Source of the DNA: Psammoneis japonica
Taxonomy: Eukaryota
Assembly (NCBI GenBank): GCA_008632985.1
Contig: QPGO01000142.1
Coordinates: 1 to 64,000 of the forward strand
Length of the DNA stretch: 64,000 nt
Reading direction: 5' to 3'
Both the position numbers and the translations under genes were made by a program. The notes under the pieces were generated by a model. The model saw only the letters and a program-made list of their open reading frames with translations, searched no databases and was not told the origin of the DNA. This document shows, piece after piece, positions 24,945 to 37,549 of the stretch (position 1 is the stretch's first letter; each line of letters begins with the position of its first letter).

Positions 24945-26040
24945 GACGGCAAGACGGCCAGGAAGCGCAGACCATGGCACCATGGCATGCCACCGCACCG
25001 CTGTCTCACCAAATGGCAAGATTGCAAAATCCAAATGAGAAAATTCAAACACTTGGCTGTCCTTGTTCATCACCTGTCTATGCATGCCCTCCGCTTCACC
25101 TCCTCTCTCCCCACTCCTTCATCCCCCACTCCCTCTGCCACCAAGAAACACCCTGCGTGTCCTGTGTTCTGCGCTCACTCTGCACTGCCTCAACTGCAGC
25201 TGCTTCTGTGCCTCCTTCTGCTGTTCCCATCTGCTCTCTGAGGGCTCTTTGACTCTGTGCTCAGTTTAAAAAACAATTCTTGTGCATCAACGGCGCATTG
25301 CCACCTCTGGCTGTGCACTCAAAAAACTTGTTTCTCTGCTGGCTGTGCAGGGTCTTTCATGAACCACCCAAAATGTGCACACGGATTTGTTGTCCTTGGA
25401 CTGCTCATGCAGAGCTCTGCTTGAGAAATGTGGGGCATGGCACCATTTTGAACTCAATCTTTGACATGTCTCAACATGCTGGTGTTTGGAAATGTCTGAA
25501 TCTCTTGCACAAAAGAGTTGGCTCACGCGCACAGCATTGCTTGACACAAGTGAGGGGATGTTGGCAGGTGCAACTGAGTGCACTTTGCCACTGTGTGGCA
25601 ACTCACACCAGCCAAATGGGCACTCCATCAGCACATTTGTGTTGTGCAAGATGCAGGAGCGACACAATCGCGGAGTTTTGCGCTTGCCGCCATGCGTGCT
25701 GGTGGGTTGACCATTTCCACACCTGTCACAGCCACCCTGCAGAACATCCATGCTCCAAAATTTACCCAACACACTTGACATGGTCATGATGGCATGCAAG
25801 AGCCAGAGCTGGGTTGCTCCTGTTGTGTGCAAGTTTTTGTGATTTGGTCATTGAGCAACAGCGCAAAAAACACTCTGACAACGAGTGCTTTTGATCTCTG
25901 CAAGCAATCACAGCTGACATTGCCACCACCACAACAAACGAAGTTTTTGTTGACTCCTTTGGATCAGAAGTGTCAAGTTGAAATGCACTCTCCTCAGGTC
26001 AGTGAGAAGTGGTGCTCTGGATCCATGCGACAGCAGGTTG
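24945..26040. mobile_element. Hypermutated repeat block C
   Basis: TpA-depleted, TG/CA-rich ~1.1 kb island between two normal genes. Confidence 0.65.
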
Positions 26041-26376
26041 TAGGATGACTGCTGTACGTACAGTGCAGTACGTAGTAGGCTGTCATCAACGGTAGCCCAA
26101 AAAAATAGAGATTTACACGTTAACAAGTATTGCAATCTACAGCGTCGAAGGACCAAAATATTTTTGATAGCTTTTTCAAGTCAGAATATGGTGACAGGGT
26201 ATGATATTCCTCATTTCTGTATGTTACTTCGGCGATTTATACCACGTGCCGTACATCCTGCGACCTGCGTCCCGCATTGCGACCTGAGGCAATGACATTG
26301 TTCAAGATTTAGGGCCGTAAGTCAATAGTTTAATACACTGTAACTCTTGCCACCAAGTCGCCAGGGACGGGAGAAT

Positions 26377-29073
26377 ATGCGTTCTAGCAATGGTAATCCG
26401 CGTATCAATGGCCATGGTAAAGGAAGAAACGATAGCAGAAATGCAAACAGCAACAGCGAGGCAGAAAGACAGCAAGGCTCTTATGAGGTTCTTATATCAA
26501 CACGCCTCATGGTGATTAGTGCAATTTGCTCCATACTGGCAGCTTACCTTGCGGGTGGACTGGCACGAGTCTACTTGGAACGAAAGCGAAGTAGGGTCAT
26601 CGTCGGACCGAACGAAGATCTCTCTCAGAAGAAATTGGAGGGGGGTGACGAAGAGCAGGTTTCGTCGTCGTCGTTTTGCCAGCAAGTGATGATCGAATGG
26701 GATCATTTAAGGAAAGACTTTTTGCAGTCGAAGCAGCTCCTTACCAATGCCCTTGTTGACACAATGTCTGTATTGCATGAGCCAAAGCTATCGTATTATT
26801 GTCACGAGAAGTCTGGCGTCACGTGCGTTGCTTCATTTCAAGCCCAGGGCCACGTCGCGTTTCATTCTAGACCGGACGTTGGGGTCTTGACGTTGGACTT
26901 GTTGTACTGTCAGCAGGAGGAAGGGACTTTGTTTGAACTGTTGGAACATACGGCAGAGACGTTCGGGCAGTACAGTCAGCAACCATATGGTGGTCTCGGC
27001 GATGCAGGCACAAGACCTTTCCACGCCGCACTCAATGTTCATTGGGGGATCAAACGGCGTCGATCCCTTTCCGATGAAGGAAGTGATTTGCGGAATGATT
27101 TAGAAGACATGTATACATCTTTGAAACATGTGGTAAGAACGCTAATGTTTGGAATTGCTGCTTGTTGTGTAGTAATCTTACGTTCATTTATCTCTATTCG
27201 TCGATTGTTCCTCTGCGACTAGAAAATGCACGTGGAGACGAACTTTCAAGATATCACGATTCTAGAGAGAGTCGATTTACGCGACGAGATTCTTGGACAT
27301 CACTTGGAATCTATCACGGGCAGCGGAGACTCCTACCAGTCGCAGCATCCGGAACTTTATCTGAAAGAAAAAACCGTTTACATGAGTGGCGCCATGCAGT
27401 CCGGCAACTCCGGAGACGCCGCCTACCACGAATCTCTCGTGCATCCAGCCTTGTTTGCTCACAACAAACCCAAGCGAGTAGCCATTATCGGGGGTGGAGA
27501 GGGTGCCACTTTACGAGAAGTGCTCAAGCATGCCACAGTGGAGAATGCCATCATGGTTGAAATTGACGCGCAAATGATGTCAGCTTCTCGTGAACACCTT
27601 CCAGAGTGGAGCAACTGTTCTCCCCTGGTAAACAGTACTGTGTCTTGCTTCGATGAACCGAGGGCTAGTGTCTATGCTGAAGATGCTCTTGCTTGGTTTA
27701 TCGATCGGTTTCATGGAAATGAAGATAAGAAGGCGAATGCAAAGGGCCTTGACAATGCAGAACCGATGGACGTTATTATCATGGATGCACTGTGAGTCTT
27801 TTTGACGATGCTGCATACATCTAGCTTCTGTGTTTCTCACCATCATTGCATGGGCTCTTTTTACAACAGGGACCCACAGGATCCATCGGAGTTCTGTAAC
27901 GTATTGTATAATCACGACACATTTTTCAAGGCATTGTACCAAGCCCTGACGGAGAAGGGGATATTGGTGGTACAACTGGGAGAGGCGCCAGAACTACTTG
28001 ACGCTCCCGACTCTCTTACCATGCATTCGAAACGAGCTAATCTTATGGATGAATTAGAACGAGTAGGATTCGTAAGCCTTCACGTGTATGACGATCAGTT
28101 GCATTCTGACTTTTTGGGCGTGTGGACCTACCTTGTGGCGTTTAAAGATTGGGATTCACGAGCCAAATGGTACGCCAATGAAGCTGAGATTGAGTTGGAA
28201 ATTAAAAAACGTGCCATGCAGACAAAGACGGGAAAGACTCCTTTTGTCTACTTTGATGGATCCACCATGTTGTCGAATCAAATACCCCACAAGGTGTATG
28301 AAACAGCATATCGTAACGAGCATCCAGAACACCGCTCGTGTAACGAGTTGGCTGGATTCGATCCAAATATTCCGGTCATCCCCCTTTCCGATTTAGAAGT
28401 GAAGCTCAGTGGCCAAGGCGATCATTCGGGAAGAGGCGTTTTTACCAAGGTGGACATTCCAGCGAATTCTTACATTGCCATTGATGCAGGTGTCGACCAA
28501 GCGTTTTTTTCGCCTAAGACTACGTCTCTCATCTACCAGATGAAGGATAAAGTCGAAGAAGCTCAAGCGCTGAAGGCTCTTGTATACTACATGGACGGAT
28601 ATGGATTTGAGAGTGATTACAACGTAAGTTTCTTTGTGTTTCAACTGGCTTTATAACGATCGGTCTGCTTATGAACGTCTGGGGTTGTTTTTCAGGGCGA
28701 GGTCGAAGTTAACGTTGACACCTGTGCCATCACCTTCGTAAACCATGGTTGCAACGGGACCTTCAACATTGGTTCTGAATTCGACCATCTATACACGGAG
28801 AACTCCGTGGATCCAGACGAGATGCCAGCTGAGTGGCACGACGTTGACAAGACTCTGTACAATCCATGTTTGGATCGTCAGATTGGACGCGTGAACTCGT
28901 GCGGTGACAAATCCCTTCGTGACATTCGGGCTGGAGAAGAGCTGCTTTCGAACTATTTGGGTTTTCATGTGGACCCAAAAAGCTGGACTCAGTATATTCA
29001 CGACTTGAGAGCTGAATGTGCCGGGGAGAAGATTGGGGACGTTTCCGCCTATGAAAGTATCGAAACAGACTGA
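26377..29073 (+). CDS. AdoMetDC-like + aminopropyltransferase + SET-domain fusion, probable long-chain polyamine synthase; introns ~27133-27222, 27792-27869, 28624-28695
   Basis: N-terminal TM; GVTCV...GHVAFHSRPDVGVLTLDLLYC (SpeD-like); YHESLVHPAL, VAIIGGGEGATLREVLKH, DVIIMDALDP; SET motifs GRGVFTKVDI, FVNHGC, RDIRAGEELLSNY. Confidence 0.85.
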
Positions 29074-29439
29074 TTCGCTTCACCACGGTCCTCATTAGAA
29101 CGGGATGTGCATAGTGAATGCTGACGTTGCAGTTGCGAGGAATAACGTGGTAGTGAAAGTAGTAAAGAAATAGAGTTTCACATCAGACATGAAGCCACTG
29201 AGACCATTGGGTTTTTTCTACTTGCTGCAGTTGGCTATTGCATTTTCCAGGGCTCTACTCGAGGGTGTCTACAGTTAGCGCCCAAATGATGGAAATTTGC
29301 CAGTGAAGAGACCGTGCTGTATTGTATGGGGAATAAGATTCTACAATAATTATTACTTGCTTACCGGTAGTGTCGTGACGAGCCTGACACCTGCAAAGAG
29401 ACAAAAGACTCTGGTGCTGCACCAACAAACTTGAAAGCC

Positions 29440-32400
29440 CTAGTCATCCCCATCAAAGAGAAGCTTGCATGCACCAACTTCAGCACAATATTCGTCGGTC
29501 TACAAAGAGGGGCAAGGAGGTGTCAGCTTAGAAGTCGTTGGTTACACTTTTCTCGTCAAGAATCCAGCAAATTGAAATCTTACCTTGCCAACACAACCAG
29601 CGCCGTCAAAGCAGCACTTCCTTTTGTTGCAATGTCTCCTGCATGTTTCCTCTCCTGCGGTGGTTCCAAGACGTTCCGCGGTGCAGTAGGCGTCGACTAA
29701 GTCTTTTAGATATGGGTCGTCGTCCTCGACCCCTTCATAGAGAGGCTTACAGGCTTCGACCTCTGCACAATATTTATCACTCTGGACGAATGAGTAATGA
29801 CAGAACGAGGTAAGTGGATACCGGTTAAACATGTTTCATATAACGAGTACAATGCATTCGAAACTTACGGTGCTACCACATCCAGCGTCTTCGAAGCAAC
29901 ACTTCCTCTTGTCGCAGTGTCTCCTGCAGGTTTCTTCTCCTCCGGACGTCTGAAGTCGTTCAGCAGTACAGTAGGCCTCCACAAGAGCAACGAGATATGG
30001 ATCGTCATTCTCGAAGGGATCTGGGTGTTTATCAGTTGTCACCAGAAAGGCACAACTGTTGTAAACATCGCATTCTGCCGGACCAAGGACGCTTCTACAG
30101 GATGACGGATTCTCAGGAGGCTGGAAGCAACAAAGATGAGTAGCGCATAGGAGACGACATTCTTTGAACGCATCCGCCGTGCCAATGTCAGGCGATAGAC
30201 AGGCATCGTCCACCGCATCCTTTTTGGCAGCAAGGATTTCAACATCCATTAGAGCAGAACAATCAGAAAAGGCCTCACACTCTTCAGGCTTGTCACTTTT
30301 ACAGTTTAGGTCGCCTTGCGGCAAGCTTTCATCATGAAAGCAGCACAACTGATTGTAGCACTCTATCAAGAGTCAGCGAGAAACGAAGGGCGAAATGATT
30401 AGCAAATCAACATCTCGAACCATAGGGGGGAAAAAGTATCTTATCTATTGCTCACCATCATAACACTTGTGAAAGCCTGTCAGCGTCGATACGCCATCCT
30501 CACTGCACACTTGCGATAGTTCCACATCAGTTGGATTGTTTGGCGGCTTTGGCTTCTCTCCGCCAGGCTCCGACAAAGTGATCTCTTCCAAGAGCACATG
30601 ACAACCATGGTAGATATCACAAGTGCCAGGATCTAAAAGATCGTCACAAAACGATGGAGAACCCGGTTCCTCCATACAGCACAAGTGCGATGCGCACATT
30701 CGATGGCATTCCTTGAATTGAAACGGGGTTTCAAGCGGGTATTCTCGGCATGATGTTTCAACCACTGATTTTGATGCGTTTGGGATATCCGACTTTACCA
30801 GAATGGAGCAAGCCTCGTGTTCTTGGCATTTGGCTTGTCGATCTACACGGCAATTTAACGAGGTGCCGACGGCACCGTCAGAGGTTTGTGCAAAGCAACA
30901 AAGATCTTCGTGGCAAGCTGAGATACAAACGGCGGCAACATTGAAAGGCGTGAGACAAGCATCTACAGATACAGTCAACATTACTTCCTCTCTATTCACC
31001 CACCTTGGTAGCATTGCTTGAATAATGTTGAATTTAAAACTGTATTCTCGTTGCACACTTCCTCAAGGGCTTTGCTCGAAGAAGGAGCATCAGGAGGTGA
31101 AGGAAGCGGTGCGGGAGGTGAACTAACCGGATTCTGGGGAGCGTCAACAAGATTAGATTCATCGATGCCATTCAGAGTTTGACAATCGACCACCTCTTGG
31201 CAAAAGTCAGGATCCTGTTTCAGAAAAAAAGAGATTAAAACGAGGAGTGAGATAACCCTGGCCTATCGTTGGGTACAGTTGCAGAATCTTGTCGTTCTTA
31301 CTGTTTTCAAGCAACTTCCGACCCCCGTCTTCATGCAGCACTCCCGCTCCTTGCAGTAGGTACGACACTTTTCAACTCCCTGCTTTGTCGTTAGCTGATC
31401 GTCACTGCAATATTTTGCGACATCCGAAACAAGATTGGGCTTTTCCAGAAGCTCCGCTGCTTTGAGGGCTGAGCACGGAGCAGCATCGTCACAAGCATCC
31501 GCCCGGCTCAATCCACAAGACGACGAGAGTCTGTCGTCCACCAAGCAACACAAATTAGACGCACACGAGTTCAAACAGGCTTTTGGTCCCTGTGGCGAAT
31601 CAAACATGGGGTCGTCACAAACATTCAGCAAATCCTCTGGATTCTTCAAGGGTGTGCTGTTTTCCACGAGGCGGCCGCATTCGTGGTAAATTTCGCACTC
31701 ACTCCCGAGCTTAGCCGCGCAGTTCTCTCCGGGAAACGAGTCCAAGCAACAGAGGTGATGCTCACATAGACCAAAACACTTTTGGACGCCCTCCAACGTC
31801 CCAAAATTGTCTTTGCGGCACGCGGTAGCAACCTCGACGCGCATCTCAACCAATGCTGCCTGAGCCTCTTCATCAATCTCATCGTCCGGATCATCAAATG
31901 GCTCGTCATCATCACCGAAATCATCGTCATCGTCGTCATCGCCCGTGCTACCTTGAGGAGGACTGGTTGCGCCCGTACTGCCTTGCGGAGGACTGGTTGG
32001 AGCAGCTGGAACAGCGGGTTCTTCCATTTGCCCATACAAAACATGGCAAGCTTCATAGTGGGTACAGTTCACGTGACCGCATTCGTCTCCCGCTGGGAAT
32101 TCCACCTTGGCAAAGCAGCACTGCGCCGTCCGACAAATATTGGTACACTTGGTATACCCCTCCAAGGCAGCCACGTCCGAGCACGCGTCCTCCACCGTCT
32201 CCTTGGCCTCTTGGTGAGAATCAAATCCGTCTTGATCGACATAGTTGAGTGCGCTACAGGCCGAGTACTCGGCACACCACGCCCGAGACACGTCACACGG
32301 TTCATAATCTTGTGCAAAGCAGCACATGTAATCGTCACAAACAGCCTTGCACTTGTTAACACCCTCTTCGGACGTGAGGGCGCTGCTGGCGCACAACTTG

Positions 32401-32906
32401 TCCACCACGGCTTCGCCCGAAGCCGCATCCTTTGTTTTCTTTTGACTCAAGTGTTGACAGGACGCGTGAAAGACGGCACACTCCTTTCGATTGTCATCGA
32501 CACAAGAAAAGGGATTGGTATCTACCAATTCACAGCACTGTGATGGATGACAGGCGTTCAGACACGAAATGTAACCCGCATCGGTTTCGAGATTGCTCGG
32601 AGCACAAACCATATCGAGATCTGCCGGTGGCTCGAGACGGACAGCGTTCGAATTAGCATCACCATCATTCTTGTTGTTTGATACAGCGACTCCCACACCA
32701 ACGCTTACTCCAATAACGGCAAGGACACAAAACAGGAGGCACGCAACACGCTTTTTGCGAGTACCACGGAGTTCGTCCCAAGTCACGTTTTCATACTCAT
32801 CGTCAAATGGAGCGGCGTCTGCGTCGTTGACTTCGACATCGTACGATTGCTTTGCCAACGACTGTGTTTCGTTGTTGTCATTGTTGACGACGACTTCGTC
32901 CGCCAT
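29440..32906 (-). CDS. Type II membrane protein with many Cys-rich repeats, multi-exon
   Basis: Single TM (VACLLFCVLAVIGVSVGVGVAV) followed by ~10 or more modules of pattern C..C...C....CC...C...C..Y..C; GT-AG introns. Confidence 0.75.
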
Positions 32907-33365
32907 TGTTGTGCTTTTCGTAAAAATGGGGGAGTCTCTGTTTTGATACAAAGAACAAGAATAGAATCAGTTCACTCAACAACAACAAGCACGAACCCCG
33001 GTCTTGCACCAAAAGCTTGAAACAAGCTCTGGCTGATAAATGTTTCTTTGGGTCATTCCAGCTCTTTTTGACTTCAGCCCCTAATTAAAACGGACATAAA
33101 GACCCAATTTTGCTAGGAGACACAATGACCCGACAAAATTCTGTTTACCAGGTACGAAGTTTCGGGTGGCTCATTGCCTGTTTCTGCTTTCTCCGGGTTT
33201 CTGGAAACGGCGCCACTCATTTTTTGGTCGTTCCAAAACAAGACGCGCAAAACGACGCCTGCTTTGCTTCGTTCATTTCGTGGGAAGAAGTATAAGCCCG
33301 TTGTTGCTGTTGATATCACCCTTGTGTTGCTCCATTGTCCTTTCTAAATAAATTCTATTGAAAGC

Positions 33366-34979
33366 ATGGGCAAGAGCAAAAAGCCCTTTATCGACAAGAA
33401 AAAGTCGTCCACCTATCACGTATTGCACCGATCACAACGTGATGTCGGCGGTGATGGTTCGTCTCAAGTGGTGTTGTGGCCGAGTCCGGACAATCTTGAG
33501 GAAACCAACGACCGCGTATTGTCTTCTTCTACCGATAACGTATTACAAGAATGGAAGAAACAGGCTGCCGAGGTTGGTTTGTTGCAAGAGTACAATTACG
33601 ACAAGCATCTCAAACCAATCACGGGAAGCGGTGACTTTTTTGATGCATCCGGAACAAAACGCGATGTTTCTGCCTTGGGCGATGCCCGATCTCGGTTGCT
33701 TATTGATGAGGATGAAGTCAAGGAGGTATCACGTCAGCTCGAGTCTATTGCCTTGACTCCCGATTGTATGGATGACGATGTAGCGCAAGCGTTGTTTGGA
33801 GATTATGATGAGGGGGACTTTGAAGAGATTTTGGATGATTTTGTACTTACGGCGGCACAAGAACCAAACGACAAGGACGAACAGCAAGAGGTGTTTGATT
33901 TTGATGCGCACATTCAGGAATTGATGGAACGTGCCAAAAAGCAAGAGCAAGACGAGGCTGTGTTGTTTGTCAAGGATCATGCTTGGGCACAACAAGACGA
34001 TGAGTTCTTTTCCAAGGCAAAAGCGTTGCATCAAAAAGACCATGACGACGACGACGATAGCGGCCATTTTGACGAGTCTTGTTTGGATGGAATGCTTTTC
34101 GATACACCGGGTGTGGTTCCTGCGTTACAAGCAGACGAAGAACGTGCCTTGTGTGAACGGTTTGAACAAACCTTGGCCGAGTACGATTCCGACGAAGTTG
34201 GGGATTTAGACGAGGAATGTGAAGATATTCGAGGCGCTCGGCCGCTCGAGGGAGATACGCAGGTGGACGCCGCCCTTGACGATTTTTTGCAAGAAAAGGA
34301 GGATCAAGTCTTTATGGAAGGAGTCGAGAACCGTCGAACGGGTGGTAGCGGCTTTTCGGTTCTTGTGGGAAAACACATGGTGCCTGCTGAGCACTTGACA
34401 GGAGACATGAATAACGAGGAAGCGGTAGAGCCCGTAGAAGAAGTGATTGCCAAAGCAAACGAGGTCCTTGCTGGTCCTGAATTAGAGCCTCCACCTGAAG
34501 AAGTTTTGATTGACGGCAAATCGTACTTTTCCGAAAGAAAGGTCAACCCGTGGGATTGCGAGTCGATCCTGACTACCTACAGTAACTTAGACAACAACCC
34601 CGCTGTAATTGGTAATCAGAGAAGAAGAAAAAAGAAGAAAAACAGCAAAATCTCTCCAGAGAGTGTGCCAGAGCAAGAGCCTGTGCAAATTCGCTTATCC
34701 AACAAGACAGGATTGCCTCTTGGAGTGTTGTCGCAGCGAGGCGAAAGTGGCGACGATTGCAACGACACGTTTGTCAGTGTCAACAAGGGTATGGCGAGAA
34801 AAACAAATGAGACGGCAGAGGAGAAAAAGACAAGAAAGAATGCAGTTAAAAAGGAGCGACAAATGGCCCGCATGCAAAAGAAAATGATGAAGGAGGCTTT
34901 CAAAGAAGAGTTTATCAGACGAAGCGACGAGGTCGTAGCTGACGACGTTGGCGGAAAGTCTGTTTTCCGATACTCGTAA
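33366..34979 (+). CDS. LTV1: Ribosome biogenesis protein LTV1
   Basis: KKPFIDKKKSSTYHVLHRSQRD, YNYDKHLKPI, EYDSDEVGDLD, WDCESILTTYSNLDNNP, ETAEEKKTRKNAVKKER. Confidence 0.92.
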   Translation: MGKSKKPFIDKKKSSTYHVLHRSQRDVGGDGSSQVVLWPSPDNLEETNDRVLSSSTDNVLQEWKKQAAEVGLLQEYNYDKHLKPITGSGDFFDASGTKRDVSALGDARSRLLIDEDEVKEVSRQLESIALTPDCMDDDVAQALFGDYDEGDFEEILDDFVLTAAQEPNDKDEQQEVFDFDAHIQELMERAKKQEQDEAVLFVKDHAWAQQDDEFFSKAKALHQKDHDDDDDSGHFDESCLDGMLFDTPGVVPALQADEERALCERFEQTLAEYDSDEVGDLDEECEDIRGARPLEGDTQVDAALDDFLQEKEDQVFMEGVENRRTGGSGFSVLVGKHMVPAEHLTGDMNNEEAVEPVEEVIAKANEVLAGPELEPPPEEVLIDGKSYFSERKVNPWDCESILTTYSNLDNNPAVIGNQRRRKKKKNSKISPESVPEQEPVQIRLSNKTGLPLGVLSQRGESGDDCNDTFVSVNKGMARKTNETAEEKKTRKNAVKKERQMARMQKKMMKEAFKEEFIRRSDEVVADDVGGKSVFRYS

Positions 34980-35010
34980 TCTTTTGCTAGAGAGAGATGG
35001 CATCTATGTT

Positions 35011-35347
35011 GTCGCACCGTCTTAGATTACTTCTACCCGTTCGTTTCCTCATCTAGTCCCTAGCTTTGGAACAAGAAAAACTAGAAGATGTGAATGACGT
35101 AAGGGCAATCCATATGTCGGGGTCGTTGAGCTCTGCAGCATGCCAGTTGTAACACATGCATTTACTTGCAAATCATTAGTAAGTGTCGCGCAGTCTTAAA
35201 TTAGTTCTACCCGTTTCCTCCCCTAGTCGCTAGTTTTAAGAACAAGATAAACTAGAAGATGTGAATGACGAAAGGGCATCTATGTCGGGGTCGTTGAGCT
35301 CTGCAGCATGCCAGTTGTACCACATGCATTTACTTGCAAATCATTAG
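35011..35347 (+). repeat. Imperfect tandem duplication of ~170 bp (35011-35179 / 35185-35347)
   Basis: Both units contain ctagaagatgtgaatgacg...atgtcggggtcgttgagctctgcagcatgccagttgt...catgcatttacttgcaaatcattag. Confidence 0.9.
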
Positions 35348-35756
35348 CGCACGCAAAGATCTAATAGCAGTTCTTGCTGTTTCAGCTATAAACCATATCT
35401 TCCTTAAAACCGTGGTATTGACCCGTGCTTGTTTTATACGCAGTACAATACGCATTCATAAGCACATCGGCACGCCGTCTTCATATCCTCTACGATGTAC
35501 GTCTGTGTTGAGTGTCTAGCTAACAACGCGTGCCATCCTGATCACGGGTAGAATTTATATTGCACAGTTTAGCTGTAGGGCAAATTGACTCTGGCATGCT
35601 TCCGTATCCCGAACTTAAAAGCTTTCGCAGTGATTCGTAGTACATACATTTCACACAGACACTGCACTACTGATCATATCTGATCATATCATGTCTATAG
35701 AGAGTAACAGCTACCACAAACGTTTGCCGCCATATTGCGTTGCTAAAGCAAACACT

Positions 35757-36680
35757 TTACACTCCCGGAACAAACCGATCGGGTCGCTTTCTTTCCTCAC
35801 TACCGGCATTCCGGTAACCAAACAGATCCGGTTTCTCGCATAGTAAGGAGTAGAAGATGCCCACTCTGGACATGTCCGTGCTCCTCTCCCCGACTTTGGC
35901 CAAGACATGGGCCCATGTCGTCGGATGAACATGATCACACTTCAAGAGTTGCTGCCCATGCGCCTCCATCAAGACAGAGGCCGCTGCATGATGACCACTC
36001 ATAACGGCGTGTTGCAACGCCGTTTTTCCCTCGGTGCTAGTGGCACTCAAGTCAGCTCCGTGTTCCACGAGTAGTCTTGCCATGCTTTCACCACTGTCCA
36101 TGATGGCTGCAAAGTGCAAAGGCGTTAGAGAATCGTCATTTGTGGCATTAGTGCAAGCTCCGTTTGCCAGAAGCACTCGCACCGTGCATGCGTTTCCACG
36201 GGCCGTTGCAAGATGAAGCGGCTGAAAACCGCGAAGTGCCAATTTTGAATTTACATCAGCACCATTCTGCAACAACATGAGACAAATCTCAGCGTTTTCA
36301 AACCCTGCAGCTATGTGCAAAGGTGTCATGGCTACTCCATGAAAAGAGCCACTGTTGTTTACATCCGCTCCACATGACAATAAAATTTGTACGGCGGACA
36401 GATCACAGAATTGACATGCCTTGCCAAGTGGTGTGAGACCCCTCAATCTATCCGTCAAACTTGCTCCAGCATCCAGCAAGAGCCGAAGTTTGACGTCGCG
36501 ATCGGTTGCTTCTCTATAAACAATGGCATAAAATGTTGGTGTGGTAAAAATGGGATCATCGGCTTCGTCCACTTGGATGTTCAGAATTCCATTCGGGTTT
36601 GCTCCATCTTGAAGAGCGCTGCGAACATCTTCTACAGTGCCAACTGCAATGGCCCTCAAAAGAGACCTATCCAGTTCCAT
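35757..36680 (-). CDS. Ankyrin repeat protein
   Basis: Repeated TPLH/ GADVN / GKTALQHA ankyrin motifs; 307 aa intact. Confidence 0.9.
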   Translation of the reverse strand: MELDRSLLRAIAVGTVEDVRSALQDGANPNGILNIQVDEADDPIFTTPTFYAIVYREATDRDVKLRLLLDAGASLTDRLRGLTPLGKACQFCDLSAVQILLSCGADVNNSGSFHGVAMTPLHIAAGFENAEICLMLLQNGADVNSKLALRGFQPLHLATARGNACTVRVLLANGACTNATNDDSLTPLHFAAIMDSGESMARLLVEHGADLSATSTEGKTALQHAVMSGHHAAASVLMEAHGQQLLKCDHVHPTTWAHVLAKVGERSTDMSRVGIFYSLLCEKPDLFGYRNAGSEERKRPDRFVPGV

Positions 36681-36986
36681 ATTTCTTCAATGTTAGCGCG
36701 GAACTGCGGTGAGCGTTGCCGACCGGACCGGAGAACGTCAGCCTGTCTGTGCTGCGATTTAGCTGTGCTGCCAACAGAGTTGACGCCGAAGTTTGTCGCC
36801 TCTACGGTGTGTTTTCAAGGTCAAGTGTGATAGACCTCTACTCTGGAAATGTGGTGATTTTGCGAACCCAGTTTCTACAAGTTCATGTGTTGTGTCATGG
36901 CGTTTTGCGTTTTTGTGGTGCGTGCTATGGTGCACCGGTCCTCGTACTGTACCTGGTACGGAAACTTACCGTAACGGTAGTGTGAA

Positions 36987-37083
36987 TGAGCTCTGGCACG
37001 AGACACTCGTATCTGCTTCTCAGACAGACAGACACACTCACAGACAGCATAGAAAGATCTCCAACAGAAGCTGAGCTCGGGCG
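36987..37083 (+). repeat. ~100 bp element repeated at 53129-53237, immediately upstream of DRS1
   Basis: tgagctctggcacg...tctgcttctcagaca(g)gacagacacactcacaga...agaagctgagctc present at both positions. Confidence 0.85.
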
Positions 37084-37549
37084 AGTGCACAGATCGGAGA
37101 CCAATGGGAGACAGCTTCCACAATCTGCTTCTGATGCCTTTCTTTGTCAACATTGCACTGCTGAGTTGATGAGCTCTGGGAGTGAGTTTTCACTTGCAGC
37201 ATCTTCCTCTCACAGTGGCATCAGCACCGGCGGCTGTGCACACCCAAGTCACAGCAGGTCTCGGACCCAGCTGCCATCTCGGCAAAGTGGCTGTTTCACT
37301 GTTTGCAGCTCCTCCTTGCTTCTGGAGTGAGCAGTTCGGCCACCCCAATGGCCTCCCAGCCTGGTTTGGATGCTCCTCCAGCTCTCCAGATGTGACATGC
37401 GCGCGGCGGCCTTCGCATGGATTTGATGTCATGTGCTCCAGCCCCACGCGAAACTCCACACAACTGGGCCCACAGAATTCTGCATGCAAGCTCCACAGCA
37501 CAACAATTTAATTGAAAATGCACTCCAGCTCTGGGTGGGATGTCTTGCA

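Noticed and set aside
31782..32543. Long antisense ORFs over real genes (also 53682-54398)
   Set aside because: Shadow frames of well-supported opposite-strand CDS.
35011..35347. snoRNA pair or CRISPR-like array
   Set aside because: No convincing C/D or H/ACA boxes and no repeat-spacer structure.
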